Shown here piece after piece: positions 25,701 through 35,391 of a stretch of DNA of 64,000 bases. Position 1 is the stretch's first letter; every line of letters begins with the position of its first letter. The stretch covers positions 90 through 64,089 of IMG/VR virus record IMGVR_UViG_3300035220_000425; one strand, given 5' to 3'. The notes below the pieces were generated by a model that did no database searches, was not told the DNA's origin, and worked only from the letters and a program-made list of their open reading frames with translations. Made by a program: the position numbers and the translations under genes. The stretch comes from a virus (Duplodnaviria; Caudoviricetes).

Positions 25701-28243
25701 TCGAGGGGGTGTATCAACTTAGATGTACATACGGGAGCAACACTCAGGGAGGCAAGACACACCCTGCTTTCAGGTTCTCTGAGGATGCTGGAGACGAGGC
25801 TGACTATATTTACATAGGGGCTGACTTAATGACTTCTAACAGTCCATCAGACATATCGACAAACTTGGGAGTTCAATCATATGTAGCATCCAGATCGTCA
25901 GTAAAAGCACAAATGGAAACCATGCTTTTAGACACTGGGATATACCTGTTCGACATAAATGTTCATTCGTTGCTTCAGCACTTAATGGTTTCCGAGTTTC
26001 AAACCATGAATATTGAGAAAGCCTTGGGAGAAGATAACGGGACATACCTGCAACCTTTAAGCAATTCACACTCGGGCTTTATTCGTTCTGTCGGCAACGG
26101 CTCTGGGTATTATCCTTACGAGAATCAACTACTTGGAGGAACTTCTGTTTACAGAGGGATCCATAGAATCTATGGCAATACTGGCTATCACATTGACGGA
26201 ATGAATATAGACCCCACTACGCTGGAGGTCTATTATCAGGTAGACAATTTTCTCTATAATTCACAATCAATCAAACCTGAAGGCTATCTTGACTTGCATC
26301 CATTGCCCCAGATGACGCTTAACAGTAGCGGGGATGCCTCAGACTGGATCAGGGATTTCTGGAATTTTATCAGGGAAGACTTTAGTGATTTTGTATATTA
26401 CCTGCCAAGATATGCTGGAGGGAATAGAGACTTGTATTTGGCTGACAAGCTGTATTACAGAAACTTAAATTCCGCAAATTCTCAGCTACCATTAAAAGCG
26501 GTAATAGGCAAAAATATACACAATAGGACAGGCGCGGAGAATGGAGGATATGGCCCTCATAGTATTACTATTCACCCAGATCCCACAGCCGCTGCTAGGC
26601 TTATCGTCAGGAGAAAAGGAGCCGCGCTAGTCCCGTCGACTCAAGGGACAGGGCAGACGATTACTTATGGCAACTTATTCAATATAGATGATGAAATTTT
26701 AATATCTGGCATTCCACAACCGGATACCGGCGATTTGGCTGCAGGAGATTACTGGGTGAGTGATTTTGTTATCGAGAAGCAGCAGACGGTGGTGGGAAAA
26801 TCATCTGTAACAGGTAAGACGGGAGCCAGGACAATAAGTCTTGCTCGACTTTTAGCTAGTAAGTCAGCAATATGTATAGGGATAACTGATGAATCTGACG
26901 CTCAAACCGTTAGTGGAATGTACGACAAGTGGGAAGAATTTAGAAATTTATTCCCTCGCAGAAACTTCAATTTGCTAGTACCTGCACAATTTCAATCCAC
27001 TTTTTCGGCCGCGGATATGAGTAGTTTTGGGATAACCAACCCAGGTACTGCCGATGTTTCCGCAGATGCTGCTGACTTAACTAATCCCATACATATATGC
27101 CCGAAGACAAAAAACACTTTGACAGTGCCTCATATCTATAGAGAATTCTATTCAGTCTATAGTGATGGACTCATGGTAGAAAGGGCCTGTTATTTAGATA
27201 CGCTTTTTCCAAATATTACAGAATTTTTCCCAACAAGCGAGAATGCCCGATCGTCGTTCCCTATGTCGTATAGATGGGCGGCATCTGCACACTATTTGTC
27301 ACAAGTCGTTGAAGTGCAAGATACGTCTTATGCTAGATCTACGATGGCCTCTGGAGGTTATACTGATTTTCTAAAAGATAATGCAGTTACTGCTTATGAT
27401 TTATATTCTCGGATAAGCAATAACCTACCTCTATCGACAGGAAACCGAGACGAAGTGCCTAGCTTACAAGGTCGAACTTTTACCTTCCGATACAAAGTTA
27501 GGATCCCTGCATATGTATCGACGACGACTAATCAAGTTTCAGATGGAGTATTGTTTAAATACGTTTGTGATGGTAATATGACCGTTGACGTTTACAATCC
27601 ACATACCGATAACACTGTAAATATTGTCACCGATTACAATAGCTATTCTGCGGATGGAACAACATCGTTTACTGGGACTCAAGTTGAAAGCAATTTCACT
27701 CCTGTAGATCTTGCGAATGATGACGATTTCCTAGAGATCAGGGTAGAGTTCACTCATAACACTGGTTCAGAGATTTGGTTCGACAATCCTGGATTATTTG
27801 CACTAAGCCTTTATGTAGTCGATAATACTGATAGTACTTCTAGTCCGTATCATGTACCAATCTTTATGGCTCAAGACTATACTTCTCCGTTCACTCAACT
27901 CTATGGGTCTCCCACTAAGGAGGTGGGCTTTCTGGTCAGGCAGCCGATGAATCATGCATTGGACCCGCACTCTACGGGAAGATCCTATGGCCCTTTCAAT
28001 CTTGGAAGAGACAGCGGAACTGCGGCTAACATGACAGATATCTTCGAGTTGTGCGGGCTACAAAACGCTCTACCAGGAACATTGGTTGGTTTATTTGTAG
28101 ACAGATCAGGGTCAATGACTCAATCTACAATCCAGTCGGCATATACTTTGTTGTATCAAAAATGTGCTGTAGCGCAATTGGAAATTATAGAAGTGCAAAA
28201 TAGTGCCGAAGACTGGATCCTTCCATTCATACAAGAAATATAA
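22790..28243 (+). CDS. Giant multidomain tail fibre/adhesin (1817 aa)
   Basis: Mtd_N-like GEPLYTIDTNKLYIGDG N-terminus, LxDLxDV repeats, CBM-like WxxxxLYxKGxRVLY, C-terminal vWA-like DRSGSM. Confidence 0.75.
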   Translation: MALQIRKVTESQREQLILKAGEPLYTIDTNKLYIGDGQTRGGFGLLDGLTLLEFLDADIDHNPLEDNDFIYWKPSSNRWAIGKRYKSLQDLADVDLETDATNAQDKQILMYSQETGKWTIKYDTADEFGLEDLEDVSGSPSSFYDSERTETHYSSLQYNATTAKWDVIELPRTPNVGEMEEVTLTANPQLGQMLFIDPSTQKYVNDYANQNLSPAYNCGLYQIENKDIIKFSSSVGKFVNHTPKLAEDVPEISISALSSWEPTDQEYSVMMFGENAAFAINNERAHTLTAFKNRKLVFDLSDATLLNLTFKFSAQPDGTHSLDPVGSIWSSSLVTETGTPGVDGRVEIDLPTYFEDKATSSYWINTETDPDFPPVYSLPSGDDEIPEITFNVLGSVPDPNASQEELDSGGGNVQDADIEQDLPGLYYFSPENAEFGAKIQINEAEDLPPFVLFWDATANEFNVKRFDVTVGSLGDVEIIPDTDGFLFDNQMLSFDSSTQKWTTPLDRVVGLGIASSLPRRFQEFANMLWAGGASGLGEFTYSMPRGAEIESITINLNELEVEGSDEEFDAFFFDTEEDREYFYELLEEAETADVVAGGTGELSRQVINDLASDANARVMRIRTRKKSYSREGRSRSNTSQSYAGVIAEYSQGGIGGGSMFSGGPNIGGSGLGSGSGGLGGNGRESAQGAGFGGDGWSGSSEGQTEPSLDDLVESEEFPDPARTAEVFVEAYQNFGNNTKQIFGVMLARNRAFEALMPRSTRDPNDSSVTDSTIDASDRFSNELQLEFNLIDVSSDPTPPQMFGWRQSTDTYGYYYFTFAQRNSQLTFNTRNHELIAHSYMRRVGCTHTRTGRFQVEFYYDADDSTKMAGEWLRIVEFQSAQSAYNGTITEVASTTIREGLEEWSDVVLYQKGNRVLYQDKVWECLVRTTKGFPPASGTAAVPTQVVDVIQGTLAISTFVEIPRFSIKSQRFEGVYQLRCTYGSNTQGGKTHPAFRFSEDAGDEADYIYIGADLMTSNSPSDISTNLGVQSYVASRSSVKAQMETMLLDTGIYLFDINVHSLLQHLMVSEFQTMNIEKALGEDNGTYLQPLSNSHSGFIRSVGNGSGYYPYENQLLGGTSVYRGIHRIYGNTGYHIDGMNIDPTTLEVYYQVDNFLYNSQSIKPEGYLDLHPLPQMTLNSSGDASDWIRDFWNFIREDFSDFVYYLPRYAGGNRDLYLADKLYYRNLNSANSQLPLKAVIGKNIHNRTGAENGGYGPHSITIHPDPTAAARLIVRRKGAALVPSTQGTGQTITYGNLFNIDDEILISGIPQPDTGDLAAGDYWVSDFVIEKQQTVVGKSSVTGKTGARTISLARLLASKSAICIGITDESDAQTVSGMYDKWEEFRNLFPRRNFNLLVPAQFQSTFSAADMSSFGITNPGTADVSADAADLTNPIHICPKTKNTLTVPHIYREFYSVYSDGLMVERACYLDTLFPNITEFFPTSENARSSFPMSYRWAASAHYLSQVVEVQDTSYARSTMASGGYTDFLKDNAVTAYDLYSRISNNLPLSTGNRDEVPSLQGRTFTFRYKVRIPAYVSTTTNQVSDGVLFKYVCDGNMTVDVYNPHTDNTVNIVTDYNSYSADGTTSFTGTQVESNFTPVDLANDDDFLEIRVEFTHNTGSEIWFDNPGLFALSLYVVDNTDSTSSPYHVPIFMAQDYTSPFTQLYGSPTKEVGFLVRQPMNHALDPHSTGRSYGPFNLGRDSGTAANMTDIFELCGLQNALPGTLVGLFVDRSGSMTQSTIQSAYTLLYQKCAVAQLEIIEVQNSAEDWILPFIQEI

Positions 28244-28276
28244 TAAAGGAAACCTATTACGATTATAGGGTATGTT

Positions 28277-30304
28277 GTGGCGTTACAGATCCGTAGAGGT
28301 ACTGAGGCAGAAAGGAGTAGTGGATCTTTTATTCCGCTCTTAGGAGAACCAGTATTTACTACCGACGAAAAAAAATTATACGTCGGAGATGGCAGTACGG
28401 CTGGAGGTATTAGTGTAGGGAAAGGTCAAAGACTTGGAGATTTGAGCGATGTGGTTCTGGAGTCAGATACAGTACGAACGATTACTAGCATTGCCATTGC
28501 CTCAAATGTTGCAATAGTAACCACTGTTGAGCCTCATGGCTTCTCTACTGGAGATACTATTAATATACAAGTCACAGGTCAATCTAGTGTAAATGGACTG
28601 CAAGTTCTTACTGGAATCACAGCTATTACTTTTACGTTTGCTTTTGCCAGCGCCGACCTTGCTGACACAGCAGATGTAGGTACGGCTACTTTCCGTGCGG
28701 CGGATGAGTCAATACTTGCTTTTAATCAAACAACTGGCGTATTTGGCGAACAAGATTTTGTATACAATCTAGATGGTCTTGGTGATGTAGAAGTTGATAA
28801 CGTTCAAGACCAAGATATTATACAAGCCGTCTCAACTGCTGTAGGAGACATTACTCTGGACGTGGATGCAACGATCGTATCCTCTGCGGTGGTTGATCCC
28901 GGCAGTGCTATCCCTGCTGGTCAGACCTGGACTCAAACAGGAGTTGTTACTAAATTTAAAAATCAACCATTCAGAATTTCTTTCAGTAATATCAATGACA
29001 CTCTTATAGTCCCATCGACTTTAGCGAATAACCAAATATTGGCATATGACTCTACTCTAAATTTTTGGGTGAATAAACATTATGTTAACTCATTTGAGGA
29101 TTTAAATGATGTAGTAACCAATCTACCAAGCGCATACGAAACAGAATACGCCGTGACAGTAGATGGTCTATATGTACAGGAAGACGTACCGAAGATAGTC
29201 ATAAACGATAGATTATTTCAGTTTGCGATAACTATGCCGCATCTCCAAGAGGCGGAGTCTAGAGCCATCGCTAATGGCACAAACTTGGACACTGAACTAA
29301 GGATTTACATAGCTGAACTTTTGACAGCATTAATAAATGCTGATACAGAACTGTCGGTCGTTGCCACACAAACTGCCAACAGGATCGTCTTTACAGATTC
29401 GACAAGCACTTCAATAAGAATACATACACTTATTGATCAACCGGTCACTGATAATTTTGATCCGACGCTCACGCTCGCTATCCCGACGCCAAGCCAAGTA
29501 TTGATGCATGATGGGACAAATTGGATTAATGGAGGATTCTCTTTTAATAATTTTAATATTAACGCTTTATATGATGTCAGCCTTATAAATCCCGCTGACG
29601 GCGATATTATTCAATATAATAACGCAACTGGCTTCTGGGAAAATAGCTCAAACTTCATAAGTCTTACGCAGTTTAATGACGTTGAGATTGGGTCTGCTCT
29701 TACTAATGACGCCCCCACAGGGGGAGAAGCCATTATTTACGACACAAGTGATACTTTATTTAAGGTGAAAAAGTTTGAGCTAACGGATCTTGACGATGTC
29801 TCAACAGACATGGGTTTAGGCTTTGTAGCAGGAGTCGTTCCTGATGGCAGCGTCCTTGCTTACGATACTGGCCTGAATAGATGGCACCCCAAACAGTTCT
29901 CAACGATTGCCTCTCGCAATGTTATAAACATCTTTACCAATCCGACCGAAGCTTTAGGCATAGCTGAGGTTGACTTTGATGCTTTTACTGGATATGGGAT
30001 ACTGAAAATACAAACTGTCCCAAGAGCTACTGTCACTTTTTACACTAACGCTTTTGCTAGAACTCAAGATCTGAACCGAGCTCATGACGCTTTTTCTCCT
30101 CCAAATAGTGGCATTTTTTCGGAGTTGACGCCGCCTGACGAGAATGCACACCAAGTTGCTCCTATCGTCTATGGATTCAATGACGATATTCCTATCTCCA
30201 GAAGAGCCTATGCAAAGGTGAGAAACAGAAGCGGTTTTTACTCTAGTTCTATTCAAATAACCTTGACCTTGTTGCAGATTGAGGACGATCCTCCTTCAGC
30301 ATGA
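28277..30304 (+). CDS. Tail fibre with Mtd_N-like N-terminus and LxDLxDV repeats
   Basis: MALQIRRGT...GEPVFTTDEKKLYVGDG. Confidence 0.75.
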   Translation: MALQIRRGTEAERSSGSFIPLLGEPVFTTDEKKLYVGDGSTAGGISVGKGQRLGDLSDVVLESDTVRTITSIAIASNVAIVTTVEPHGFSTGDTINIQVTGQSSVNGLQVLTGITAITFTFAFASADLADTADVGTATFRAADESILAFNQTTGVFGEQDFVYNLDGLGDVEVDNVQDQDIIQAVSTAVGDITLDVDATIVSSAVVDPGSAIPAGQTWTQTGVVTKFKNQPFRISFSNINDTLIVPSTLANNQILAYDSTLNFWVNKHYVNSFEDLNDVVTNLPSAYETEYAVTVDGLYVQEDVPKIVINDRLFQFAITMPHLQEAESRAIANGTNLDTELRIYIAELLTALINADTELSVVATQTANRIVFTDSTSTSIRIHTLIDQPVTDNFDPTLTLAIPTPSQVLMHDGTNWINGGFSFNNFNINALYDVSLINPADGDIIQYNNATGFWENSSNFISLTQFNDVEIGSALTNDAPTGGEAIIYDTSDTLFKVKKFELTDLDDVSTDMGLGFVAGVVPDGSVLAYDTGLNRWHPKQFSTIASRNVINIFTNPTEALGIAEVDFDAFTGYGILKIQTVPRATVTFYTNAFARTQDLNRAHDAFSPPNSGIFSELTPPDENAHQVAPIVYGFNDDIPISRRAYAKVRNRSGFYSSSIQITLTLLQIEDDPPSA

Positions 30305-30352
30305 TTATTGGAACAATATAGCGCCTAACTGAGCAGGGATTGCTCTTTATAG

Positions 30353-31087
30353 ATGTCTGAAGAACTTAAATCGGCTATTGAAACAGAAGCCGTGTCCATT
30401 CCAGAGTCAACATTTGACACTGAGAACCAAGGACAAGAAAAGGAAGATGTTACCAATCTTCTAAAAGCCTTAAAGTCTGAGAGAGAAGCTCGTAAGACTT
30501 ATGAGCGACAAATCAAAGAGAAAGAAAAGCAGCTTGAAAAGTTTGCTGAGATCAACCCAGAAGAGTACAAAGTCTTACAGGCTGATGCAGCAAAAGCCGC
30601 AGAAACGGAGTCTCGCTATGGCGAATCAATTAGAGCTATTGAAGAGAAATATGGCCGACAGGCTGCGGAAGCCGAGGCTAAAGCGAAGGCCGCTGAAGTT
30701 CAGATTGCATCGTTTCAGAAGAAGTATGCTTTAGAAAAGGTATTTAATTCTGCCGGAGGCAGGACTGATGCAGCCGATGGCGTATCTTTCTTCGATATGT
30801 TCGCAGAGCAACTAAGCAGTAGATTCACTTTAGAATCTGACGGAATTGTCGTAGTAGTTGATGGTCAAGGCGACCCTGTCTTGGATTCTGAGACCGGAAA
30901 AAGAATTACCCCAGAAGAATTCATCAGTAGTTTTAAGATTCATCCTGTTTACGGTACTTTCTTCAAAGGAGTTAAAGGTACTGGGGCAGGTTTAACTTAC
31001 GGAGGAACTGACTCTAACGGTCAGCCAGTTGAAGACCTCAGCGGAATGTCTAATGACGAATTATTTATGAAAGCTTTTGGTAATTAA
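30353..31087 (+). CDS. Capsid scaffolding protein
   Basis: Acidic coiled coil LLKALKSEREARK; FFKG..GTGAG tail; immediately upstream of the capsid gene. Confidence 0.8.
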   Translation: MSEELKSAIETEAVSIPESTFDTENQGQEKEDVTNLLKALKSEREARKTYERQIKEKEKQLEKFAEINPEEYKVLQADAAKAAETESRYGESIRAIEEKYGRQAAEAEAKAKAAEVQIASFQKKYALEKVFNSAGGRTDAADGVSFFDMFAEQLSSRFTLESDGIVVVVDGQGDPVLDSETGKRITPEEFISSFKIHPVYGTFFKGVKGTGAGLTYGGTDSNGQPVEDLSGMSNDELFMKAFGN

Positions 31088-31149
31088 CCTACAGGCTGCC
31101 TATTTCTAGATTAAGAAATGGGAAGAATATTTATTTTCGGAATTATATG

Positions 31150-31240
31150 TTAGAAAGCACCCGGTTTAGTGCGACCGAGATGGTTGACCTGGGCAGGGTG
31201 TATCGAGTTGGAGCGAGACGCTCTGAACACGTTTCACCTT
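31150..31240 (+). promoter_or_regulatory. Structured 5' leader of the capsid gene with two GAGAY-pentaloop hairpins
   Basis: CGACC-GAGAT-GGTTG (31172-31186) inside CACCC/GGGTG; GGAGC-GAGAC-GCTCT (31210-31224). Confidence 0.55.
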
Positions 31241-31272
31241 TTCCTTGTTCACCCTATTCAACTTGAGTTAAA

Positions 31273-32175
31273 ATGGCTCTTACACTGACCGAAGCCAAGA
31301 AGCATTCAGCTAACCCCCAACAGTTAGCCGTGGTATCTGAGTTAGCCGCTGGATCCTTGCTCAGCGTGCTGCCCTTCAGAGACATCCAAGGTAATGGACT
31401 CTTCTGGAAAAGAGAAGAAAGCCTGGGCGAAGTAGGTTTCAGGAACTACAACTCTAACTATTCAGAAAGCTACGCTGAAATCAGCCAACAGTCGGAATCT
31501 CTCCGCCTGTTTGGTGGTGATATCAAAATTGATCGGGCAATTCTTTCCTTGGAAGGAAACGAGTCTCGTGCCTATCAAGTGCAGTCAAAGACTCGCGCAA
31601 TGCGTCTGTCTTGGGAATCACTGTTCATCAACGGCGACTCCAATCAGTCCCCTTCTGAGTTTGACGGCCTAGCCGCTCGACTTCCTGCCGCTAGCTACGC
31701 TACAAACTCTCAGGTCATTCGCAACGCCTCTTCTGCTGCTGCTCTTGATCTTGCTGCTCTCGACGAAGCCGTCGATGCTGTCGACGCCCAAGGTGGTCGC
31801 AAGTATCTCGTGATGTCTAAGTCGATGCGTCGTCATCTGACTAAGCAAGCTCGGGCAAATGCTCAGATCGAGATTACTCGTAACGAGTTTGGCTATCAGC
31901 AGATGGTTTACGCCGGCCTGCCTGTCGTTGAACTGGATCGGGATCATGCAAACACTCCCATCCTTGACGGAACCCCTGGAGATCAGTCCATCTATGTCGC
32001 ATCTTTCGGCAATGATTTGTTGACTGGTATTCAGAACGGTGGCGTTCAAGTCCGCGATTTGGGAGAGTCTTCTGCCTCACCTCAAATTGTAATCAGAGTT
32101 GAATGGTATTGCGGTTTAGCTCTGATCAATGGAAGAGCAGTCTCTCGTCTATGTAATGTTGACGCAACTGCTTGA
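31273..32175 (+). CDS. Major capsid protein
   Basis: MALTLTEAKK, GGDIKIDR, FINGD...EFDGL and RVEWYCGL motifs; strong codon bias; terminator follows. Confidence 0.9.
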   Translation: MALTLTEAKKHSANPQQLAVVSELAAGSLLSVLPFRDIQGNGLFWKREESLGEVGFRNYNSNYSESYAEISQQSESLRLFGGDIKIDRAILSLEGNESRAYQVQSKTRAMRLSWESLFINGDSNQSPSEFDGLAARLPAASYATNSQVIRNASSAAALDLAALDEAVDAVDAQGGRKYLVMSKSMRRHLTKQARANAQIEITRNEFGYQQMVYAGLPVVELDRDHANTPILDGTPGDQSIYVASFGNDLLTGIQNGGVQVRDLGESSASPQIVIRVEWYCGLALINGRAVSRLCNVDATA

Positions 32176-32195
32176 TCTTTTGAAAGATTAACAAT

Positions 32196-32219
32196 AAAGG
32201 GGCTTCGGCCCCTTTTTTT
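32196..32219 (+). terminator. Intrinsic terminator with UUCG loop
   Basis: AAAGGGGC-TTCG-GCCCCTTT plus T run. Confidence 0.9.
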
Positions 32220-32311
32220 ATGCAATATATACCTCTATATATTAGGAACCATAAGATAGGCTTTGTGCGTTGCAGATAGCGCCCTAGCTGTTCCTTTACC
32301 TTTAATTCATC

Positions 32312-32656
32312 ATGGCTGCACGTTCAACGGGAATGTTCCCCCGCGAAGGTTTTGATCTTGACGCAAACCTCGAAGTGACCACAAGTGATACTGCTTCTGC
32401 AGTAATGCTTAAGAATATCAAAACTATTCGCGTTGTCGTCATCGGCGCTGCTATCACCGGCAACGGCGATGTTACTTTCAACATTGGCGGTAAGGATGTC
32501 AGCTTTGGCGCTGGCGACCTTGATTTAAACGGAGTTGGCATTGCTCACGTCCGTGGAGCACTCTGTGACGCTGACAACAATGTCAAGTATACTCTTACTC
32601 CTGGATCAGGAACAGCAACTGTTACCAAGGCTTTCCTTGACATGGTTGACGGTTGA
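32312..32656 (+). CDS. Probable capsid decoration/cement protein
   Basis: Small beta-rich protein with capsid-like codon bias directly after the capsid gene. Confidence 0.55.
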   Translation: MAARSTGMFPREGFDLDANLEVTTSDTASAVMLKNIKTIRVVVIGAAITGNGDVTFNIGGKDVSFGAGDLDLNGVGIAHVRGALCDADNNVKYTLTPGSGTATVTKAFLDMVDG

Positions 32657-32677
32657 TCGTTCCTTTTAGGGAATAAT

Positions 32678-32704
32678 AAAGGGTGCTCTGTCACCCTTTT
32701 TATT
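32678..32704 (+). terminator. Intrinsic terminator
   Basis: AAAGGGTG-CTCTGT-CACCCTTT plus T run. Confidence 0.7.
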
Positions 32705-32956
32705 ATGCATTTAAACAATCCATTAGTTTTTGTTAAAAACGGATCTAAGCGTACTGCTTATTTCACGGTTGAAGCTAGAGAGTTTCGATTGGCTGGCTGG
32801 GTAGAAGAATCTGAAGAGAAAGAAGCTAAGCCCGCAAAAATCGAAGAAAAATCGCAAGCCAAAGCTAAGCCTGTAGAGAAGAGTACAAGCAAGTTCACTG
32901 CTATCAAGAGATCCGTGACACAGCCTAAGTCTTCTGAGGAAAAATCAGATGAATGA
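32705..32956 (+). CDS. Hypothetical protein
   Basis: 83 aa with Lys/Glu-rich tail, after head genes. Confidence 0.65.
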   Translation: MHLNNPLVFVKNGSKRTAYFTVEAREFRLAGWVEESEEKEAKPAKIEEKSQAKAKPVEKSTSKFTAIKRSVTQPKSSEEKSDE

Positions 32957-33131
32957 TGTTGTCTACACTAATGGTCCCAGGATTATTGACGGTGTCAATA
33001 TTGACGCCACCGTAGATGCGTCTCATCCTGTAATCAGGGAAAGAGGGATAGCAGACCCAGTGAACGACGGGAGCCTGGGAACCCCTGCTTACGTCCCTGA
33101 GTCAAAGAACAAAGATGGGACGCCTCTTTAA
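32949..33131 (+). CDS. Hypothetical protein
   Basis: 60 aa, overlapping the previous stop. Confidence 0.6.
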   Translation: MNDVVYTNGPRIIDGVNIDATVDASHPVIRERGIADPVNDGSLGTPAYVPESKNKDGTPL

Positions 33132-33163
33132 CCACGGAAAACTAATTTATTGGAGGACTGAGA

Positions 33164-33316
33164 ATGCCTTTACCTTTGTCTACAGCTAAAATGACTTCCA
33201 AACGAAAAGGATCAGGGAAAGTTATAACGGAGTATAAAGGTAAAGCCAGTCCTAAGCGTACCGGTGCCTTTAACGGCGCTACGACTCGTAGACAAAAAGG
33301 GACTGGTAAAAAGTAA
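33164..33316 (+). CDS. 50-aa highly basic protein
   Basis: MPLPLSTAKMTSKRKGSGK...QKGTGKK; GGAGG RBS; late motif at 33136; TAATG coupling to next gene. Confidence 0.7.
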   Translation: MPLPLSTAKMTSKRKGSGKVITEYKGKASPKRTGAFNGATTRRQKGTGKK

Positions 33317-33615
33317 TGGCACCAAAGAAAAGGTCTACTGCTTCTTTTTACGCAAGCAATCCTGAATCCTATAAAAAGAAACTAGCTTACGACAAGCAAC
33401 GAAATTCTTCGTCTAAGCAAAAGAAGTATAGAGCAGACCTGTCAAGGGAGCGTCGCGCCCGTGGCATTATGGGTAAGGGTGGAAAGGACGTAAGTCATGC
33501 TAGTGGCGGTGGTTTCAAGCTAGAAGATCCAAAGAAAAATAGAGCAAGAAATGGCCACGGGAAAAACTCCCGATTAGCACCAGGGAAAGGCACTAGGAAA
33601 CAAAAAAAGAAGTGA
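33316..33615 (+). CDS. Basic protein with degenerate HNH-like GKDVSH...NRARN motif
   Basis: GGKDVSHASGGGFKLEDPKKNRARNG. Confidence 0.65.
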   Translation: MAPKKRSTASFYASNPESYKKKLAYDKQRNSSSKQKKYRADLSRERRARGIMGKGGKDVSHASGGGFKLEDPKKNRARNGHGKNSRLAPGKGTRKQKKK

Positions 33616-33621
33616 TTTATT

Positions 33622-33810
33622 ATGGATGAACAGTCTTATGTCACTTCAATGCAGATGAACAAAATGGCACTACGACTGCTCTACCGAACTGTTTCTGAGG
33701 GGCTCGATCGTTGGCCTGGAGGGGCGCCTGAGGAGCAAGAGTGCCTTTCTTCTATGAAGATGCAGCTATACGCTGCTCTTATGGAACATTTATACGATGC
33801 GGAATACTAA
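33622..33810 (+). CDS. Hypothetical protein (WPGGxPEEQ)
   Basis: 62 aa ORF in the operon. Confidence 0.65.
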   Translation: MDEQSYVTSMQMNKMALRLLYRTVSEGLDRWPGGAPEEQECLSSMKMQLYAALMEHLYDAEY

Positions 33811-33828
33811 CACAGCAAAAAAAGACAG

Positions 33829-35358
33829 ATGCCAGTACCCGCTAATCGAGCAAAAATCCAGTTAGCAAGGGGAACTGCTGCAAACTTACTAGCAGCGCCC
33901 ACCTCTTTCGAAGAGGGAGAGTTGGCGTATGCAACTGACGAAAATCTTTTATATATTAAAGAAGGCCTTGCTTTAGAAAGGTTAGAATATGTAACTTCAG
34001 CAGATTTACAGATTGCAATATCCGCCGCGATTGCCTTAGTTGTTATTGCTGAAGACGGGGTCATTCATAATTCAGCATCTAGTCAGACTGTCATTACACT
34101 CGACGAACCGTATGTCAGGAATTTAACAGGCATTACAGATTCATCAGGCCCTTCTGGGTTTGTGGATAAAGACAGTACTGTTGTTGCTTACCGCTCAACA
34201 GAGCAGCAAATCTGGCTATACCCCGTAGGAGCGTCCGCGGCGGTGTGGTGTCGGGGACTTAAGCATACGTTTACAAGCTATAAGTTTGTACCTCAGCCCA
34301 CGGCGACTGGAATATACAACATTTACTTAGATGAAACTTTTACCTTGCAGATAAAAACTACTGCTTTTGACTACAAGTTAGACACCCCCGTCTGTGTTCT
34401 TTGGTGGGATCAAACTAATGGCGTGCCATTGATGATCAATGACAACAGGCATGGAATCACCATGGACTGGAATACCTTAGGGTATTTAAAATCAGCCAGA
34501 TCAGCAACAGTCGCAGGCTTTGACGTTGGCAATATCACTACGAGTAATGATGGCTCGGCAGATAGTCAGGCCAAGTTCTCGTTAAACAACGGTACTGGTC
34601 GTTTTCACGATTTGCAAATACCTGCGACTCATTCCGCCACACCAGCAGCAAATACCGCTCAGAATTTATTTCAGCAAGTACTTTCTCCGGCCGCTAAAAT
34701 TCCAGTTTTCTATCAAGTAACTAATAGCGGAGCATCCGAGTGGAGTCACACGACTCCTACCGAGTATGCTTGGGTCGACTCTGCAGGTGTACCCACTTAT
34801 AATTCTAACGCGGGATCATGGGCAAATACTGCAGTTACTAATGGAGCCTACTTTATTACTTTTGTCTGCATAACACAAAACACATTATACCCTATCATTG
34901 GTGTTACAGGTCAAGGTACGTATGACTCTGTCAATTCAGCGTCTGTAGTCAGAATTGCAGATTTAGACCTTGGCACTATGGCGGACATAGAAATCAAAGA
35001 ACTATATAAAATTATCTATAAATATGACACAAGCTATGCTAATACAAGCAATGTTGTCGTGGAAGCCTACGAAGATCTTCGTAAATACGATAAGAACATT
35101 CATGTTAGCGAAGATTTTATAGACCATGGTCGACTCAAGGGTTTAGGTAATGATGACCATTTACAATACGTACACATTAGCAATGCAAGAACAATCACGG
35201 CTACTCACACTTTTGGAGGTCGTCTAGATGTTCAAAATGCAACCTCAAGCACTAGCTCTACTACCGGTGCAGTAACAGTTAATGGTGGAATGGGTGTCTC
35301 TGGTGATTTTCATTTAGACGGCGATCTGGACGCAGTTATTAATGGCGGGAACTTCTGA
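33829..35358 (+). CDS. Fibre/adaptor protein (GELA N-terminus, NGGNF C-terminus)
   Basis: KIQLARGT...GELAYATDENLLYI; DDHLQY; SSTTGAVTVNGGMGV. Confidence 0.7.
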   Translation: MPVPANRAKIQLARGTAANLLAAPTSFEEGELAYATDENLLYIKEGLALERLEYVTSADLQIAISAAIALVVIAEDGVIHNSASSQTVITLDEPYVRNLTGITDSSGPSGFVDKDSTVVAYRSTEQQIWLYPVGASAAVWCRGLKHTFTSYKFVPQPTATGIYNIYLDETFTLQIKTTAFDYKLDTPVCVLWWDQTNGVPLMINDNRHGITMDWNTLGYLKSARSATVAGFDVGNITTSNDGSADSQAKFSLNNGTGRFHDLQIPATHSATPAANTAQNLFQQVLSPAAKIPVFYQVTNSGASEWSHTTPTEYAWVDSAGVPTYNSNAGSWANTAVTNGAYFITFVCITQNTLYPIIGVTGQGTYDSVNSASVVRIADLDLGTMADIEIKELYKIIYKYDTSYANTSNVVVEAYEDLRKYDKNIHVSEDFIDHGRLKGLGNDDHLQYVHISNARTITATHTFGGRLDVQNATSSTSSTTGAVTVNGGMGVSGDFHLDGDLDAVINGGNF

Positions 35359-35391
35359 TTCGGAATGATATAATGATGATCTAGAGCTAAA

